From Eledone cirrhosa (Eukaryota), in the NCBI GenBank assembly GCA_964016885.1, contig OZ024743.1, positions 274,660,001-274,724,000 on the forward strand: a stretch of DNA of 64,000 bases. Direction: 5' to 3'. Shown here piece by piece: positions 58,181-64,000 of the stretch. The notes beneath the pieces are model-generated. The model ran no database searches and was not told where the DNA came from. It was given only the letters and a program-made list of their open reading frames with translations. The stretch's first letter is position 1; each line of letters starts with the position of its first letter. Made by a program: the position numbers and the translations under genes.

Positions 58181-58830
58181 TAATAAATGAACAGAGAAGA
58201 AAAAACAGAGAGGCAGTACAAATGATATTAGTATTAGTTTCACGCTTGAGAGTGGGGAGTGGGGGACTATATATATATATGTGTGTAGTGTGGGTGTGGG
58301 TGTGTGTATACTACATCACCGGTTCACTTCCCTTCACACCACCCACCGTTACATATTCACCTCACACAAACACACATATATTATAACGTTGTACTGTATT
58401 TCATATTCTTCAAGAATAAACAATGATGATGACGATTCCATCTAGCTTATGAGCAGTTCATCAAATTGTCAAATGGTCAATATATTTCTCAATTAACTAA
58501 ACACTTTATGTTTAAACAGATGGTATTTTCAGCTCTAGAGACCAACACCGTTTAAATGTAAATAGCAAAACAACATTACAACGTTCTATAGAAGGGTTGT
58601 TTTGCAAACTTCGTGTTCCGATCCGTTAGTGGTCACAACATTTTTAAAAAATGGCTTCTGACATTCAAAAACATCTACAAAAACAAACAAGTGATAGCGA
58701 CAAGCTAGGCATACTGGATCACTATACAAAATGTTGCTTTTGCAGTAGGTCGCTATAAAAATAAATGTCTGAAACTCGCTAGTCAATGGTGTGGCTTCTG
58801 AGGAAGATTATTATTATTATTATTATTACT

Positions 58831-60422
58831 AGGGCGGTGGATTGGCAGTATCGGTAGAGCGTCAGGTACCATGTTTTGCAGCATAGAGTAATGGCCCTTT
58901 ACGTTCTGAGTTCAAATTTCCACCTAGGTTAACTTTGTCTTTCATCCTTACGGGCTCAAGCACCTATAATGCACTGGGGTAATTGTTGGTCTTGTGCCAA
59001 AAGTAGAAACAATTCTATTACTATGATGGTGAAGGCTTTCGATTAGCAGAATCGTTAGTGTGTCGGATAAAATGAAGTGCAGTTATGGGTCTCTACATTC
59101 TGGTTTCAAACCCAACCGAGATCAACTTCGTCTTTCATCCATGCGGGGTCGATAAAATAGAGTACCTGTTAGTTTCTAGGGTTAATTAATCGACTTTCTA
59201 ATCTTCTAAAATTGCTAGTCTTGTGTAAATTAGAAATCATTGGTACAAAAGTGATGGCTTGGCAGAATTGTTAGAGTGTGGACAAATGCTTTGTGGTATT
59301 TAGATACGGATCTTTACATTCTGAGTTCACATTGCACCGTGGTCAACTTTGCGTCTTATCATTCCGAGGTCGATAAGATAAAATACCAGTCAAGTACTTG
59401 AGCAATTTGATCGGCTAATCTCCTCCCAATATTGCTGGCCTTGAGCCAAAATGAGAAGCCATTATTATTTACCTAAAAATATAAATATAAGGACAGAAGA
59501 AATATTTGTCAAGAATACAAGTTTTCTCTTTATGGCTCTGTTGAGAGAGGCTGGCAAGATTGGGTTGTAGGCCAAGCAGACCATGTGGGTCACTTAGCAT
59601 AAGCGGAACATTTTGAAGGGGCCATAATCCCATCAAATTTTAGAACATATATTTTGTATTGTCTCTTGTAAGTATATTACGTACTGAAAAAAATATTAAA
59701 ATGTACCTCTCCCACATAAGCAAGATTAACTGGCCTCATACACGGATACATCTTATACAGTAGGAGGCGCCTCGGGTGTTTTAATGATAAAGGCCCTCAG
59801 TTCTATCATGAAAACCAATACGAAAAGAAACATTATACATTGTCCAGTCCAGGAATCGAACACATGAAGTTGTGTTCGTGAGTCCTGCACCCCTAACAGC
59901 TAGGCCACACACTTTCACTAAAACAATAATAGATATACCAATAGAGAATAACTATTTGACAACGGTACGTTTTGTCTTTATTCTTATTTTCTATTTAGGT
60001 AAGTGGATTGGCAAAGTCGTTAGAACGTTGGACAAATGCGTAGTAGTATTTTTCAGACTCTATATATTCTGAATTCAAAACCCGACGAGGTCTACTTTAC
60101 CTTTCATCCTTCTAGCCTGATAAGATAATGTACCAGCCAAGTACCGGGTTCGATTTAATCGACTTTCTCCTCCCTAACTTTGCTAGCCTTGTGCCTAAAA
60201 TGAAAATCATTAAAATGGGTGGTGGATTGGTAAAGTTGTTAGAGTGTCAACCAAATGGTAAGCAGTATTTTTTCTGGCTCTTTACATTCTAAGTGCCAAC
60301 CCCGCAGAGGTCAAATTTGCTTTTCATAATTCCAAAATGAAGTACCAGAAATGAATTGAGATCGATATAATAGTTTCTCCTCGCCATGACCTGTTGGCCT
60401 TGTACCAAAATTAGAAACCATT
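58831..60422 (+). mobile_element. Cluster of about five same-strand SINE family 1 copies of varied divergence
   Basis: Heads at ~58831, 59030, 59250, 59997 and 60215, each followed by B box and core. Confidence 0.75.
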
Positions 60423-60659
60423 ACAATTTTTCTATTTCTGGCTCCGTCAAGAAAAGCGAGTCAGACTAGAGGATGTAGGCCAGTTAGCATGGGCATACAA
60501 TTTGGGGAGCGTTTATTTAGTTCAAGTTTTAGTTGTTTGTGTTCTGTTATGTGTGAGTATACATCATGTATACTACATATACATTTATGTACTCGTAACC
60601 GATATATAAATCATATATATTTTTTACTGATAACTAAAATACTTAATAAGCAGTTGTAA

Positions 60660-60980
60660 AAGGGACCTTCATTTTACATATAGCCTAAGCCTTCTACCAG
60701 CTTGGGGTTGGAGGCTACATTACACATCTGGCCTGGGTCTATTAACATTGGGAGGACTACATTTTACATTTGGTCATGACCTAAGCTTAATACCAGATTT
60801 GGAAGGAATACATTTTGAACATGGCCTAGGCCAATTAACAGTTTTGTGGAGAAGCTATATTTTACATCTGGCCTGGACGTATTATCAGCTTTTGGAGGAC
60901 AACGTTTTAAACTTAACCTTGGCTTTGTACCAGCTTGGGGGCTAAATTTCACATCTGACTGTGGCTTATTACCAGCTGGT
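60660..60980. repeat. Degenerate ~40-50 bp tandem repeat
   Basis: cattttacat..ggcct..taccagcttgg units recur. Confidence 0.65.
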
Positions 60981-61506
60981 GGTGGTTGTGGTGCTGTCTC
61001 ATTTGCTCTTTTGCTCTACTCCTATTTTCAGCTTGTAAAGCGGGAGTGGGGAGAGAGCAACATTCTATATCTGACCTAGACCTATTAGCAACCATGCACG
61101 GGTCTTAGGAGAGAAAGGGCTGCATTTGAAAGATTTTTGTAGAACATCCATGACTGCTGAGGAGAAAGGGAGAAAATCCTAATAATCCTCAGAAAGGAGA
61201 CCTTGTTGCAGTGTTGACTCAGTTAAAGACACTCAACAGCAGAAACGGTGGGGTTAAACCGAGGCATGAATTATGAATACATATAAACAATGTATTCTCC
61301 TCACCTGAACTTGATATAGTTTATTGTAACTTGAACTATTACATGTGTGACTAAGGGAAGTAACTTACACGACTTTCTGAGTAATGAATGTATCCAGTTG
61401 TTACTGATTATATGAAAACATGGGTATGGAATTAATACGACAGCTCTTTACACTACATATACATTATCATATAATTGCACTTGTATACGTATGTTATATA
61501 TATATA

Positions 61507-62581
<1,075 letters not shown>

Positions 62582-62682
62582 CAGTGTGCCCCCAAAAAAT
62601 GTGTACACATTTTGATTACCTCTACAGCCAATGTTTATTAGAATGCTGTTGAATTGTGTATATATTTTTGGAGAACACCCTA
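62582..62682. mobile_element. Short Tc1/mariner-type MITE in (TA)n
   Basis: cagtgtgcccccaaaaaatgtgtacaca / tgtgtatatatttttggagaacacccta. Confidence 0.55.
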
Positions 62683-62683
62683 T

Positions 62684-62831
<148 letters not shown>

Positions 62832-63004
62832 AAGAGAGAAAGAGAGAGAGACAGAGAGAGAGCGGGGTAAGGAGAGGGGAGGGAACTGAGATGTAGGGAG
62901 ACCCAGAACGAAGGAAATATATAAATATCGATTGATAGATAGATAGATAGATAGGAATTTATACATGATATACATATGGCGATAAATCTGTTACTATATA
63001 CGCA

Positions 63005-63122
<118 letters not shown>

Positions 63123-63176
63123 CATATATATATTTACAAGTGGTATATATATATATACATATATATATATACAAGT

Positions 63177-63232
<56 letters not shown>

Positions 63233-63237
63233 CAAGT

Positions 63238-63299
<62 letters not shown>

Positions 63300-63519
63300 A
63301 GTGGAAACTTGGTAAAATCGAAACCTTTGGCTGTGGTCAAGCAAAGTCGACCTACAATAGTAGGTCTTAAGAGTAATAACATACGTTTAATAGCTTGACA
63401 AATTGAACATTGCGGTAGGTAAACCCAGCCATACAATACCAATGCAACGAAAGAACTAATATATATATATATATATATAACATTATAAACATCTGTATAT
63501 ATATATACTTTTATATACT

Positions 63520-63562
<43 letters not shown>

Positions 63563-63575
63563 TTGAAAATGAACG

Positions 63576-63611
<36 letters not shown>

Positions 63612-63617
63612 TTGTTT

Positions 63618-63793
63618 ATAATTGTTTCTACTTTTGGCACAAGGCCACCAATTCACCAGTAAATTACTGGTACTTTATTTTATCGACCCCGTAAGGATGA
63701 AAGGCAAAGTTAACCTCGGTGGGATTTGAACTCAGATCGTAAAGGGACGTAACTAAGCTGGAAAGCATGTCCGACCCTCTACCTATACTGCCA
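63618..63793 (-). mobile_element. SINE family 1 copy
   Basis: Homologous to 36078-36272. Confidence 0.85.
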
Positions 63794-64000
63794 TGTTTAT
63801 AATGTTTTCCGTACGATGACTCTAATCTACTGTGACGGGGAAATCATTCGCTGCGAAAAATGTGTATTAAAAAAATCCCGACAGCATAGGAAAATGATAT
63901 GGTAGTTCTCATACATGGATATATATATTACACATATATTAATAGATTCTACATATTGGCTTCCAGCGGCTTACTATGACACACAATGTTACATGGTGAC

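Noticed and set aside
60660-60980. CRISPR-like repeat-spacer array
   Set aside because: The units are degenerate along their whole length with no unique spacers, the context is eukaryotic, and there are no cas genes.

Overview
Repeat-saturated, AT-rich animal genomic DNA. The SINE/RTE content resembles octopus or another cephalopod (inference). No host protein-coding gene is recognisable, and almost all listed ORFs are microsatellite translations. Conventional content: a near full-length RTE LINE (APE+RT, one frameshift, ~36540-40046), CR1-type RT fragments, a non-autonomous RTE derivative (3 copies), two abundant tRNA-derived SINE families, hAT and Tc1/mariner MITEs, and minisatellites. The main signal is a set of short elements sitting inside (TA)n tracts. 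Many are fold-back palindromes and carry type I hammerhead-ribozyme (HHR) motifs like those of Penelope-like elements (PLEs). In one, a full-length U6 snRNA is joined through its UUUUU 3' end exactly at the predicted hammerhead cleavage site. This suggests ligation of U6 to a ribozyme-cut retroelement RNA, followed by retroposition. All RNA structures were folded by eye.
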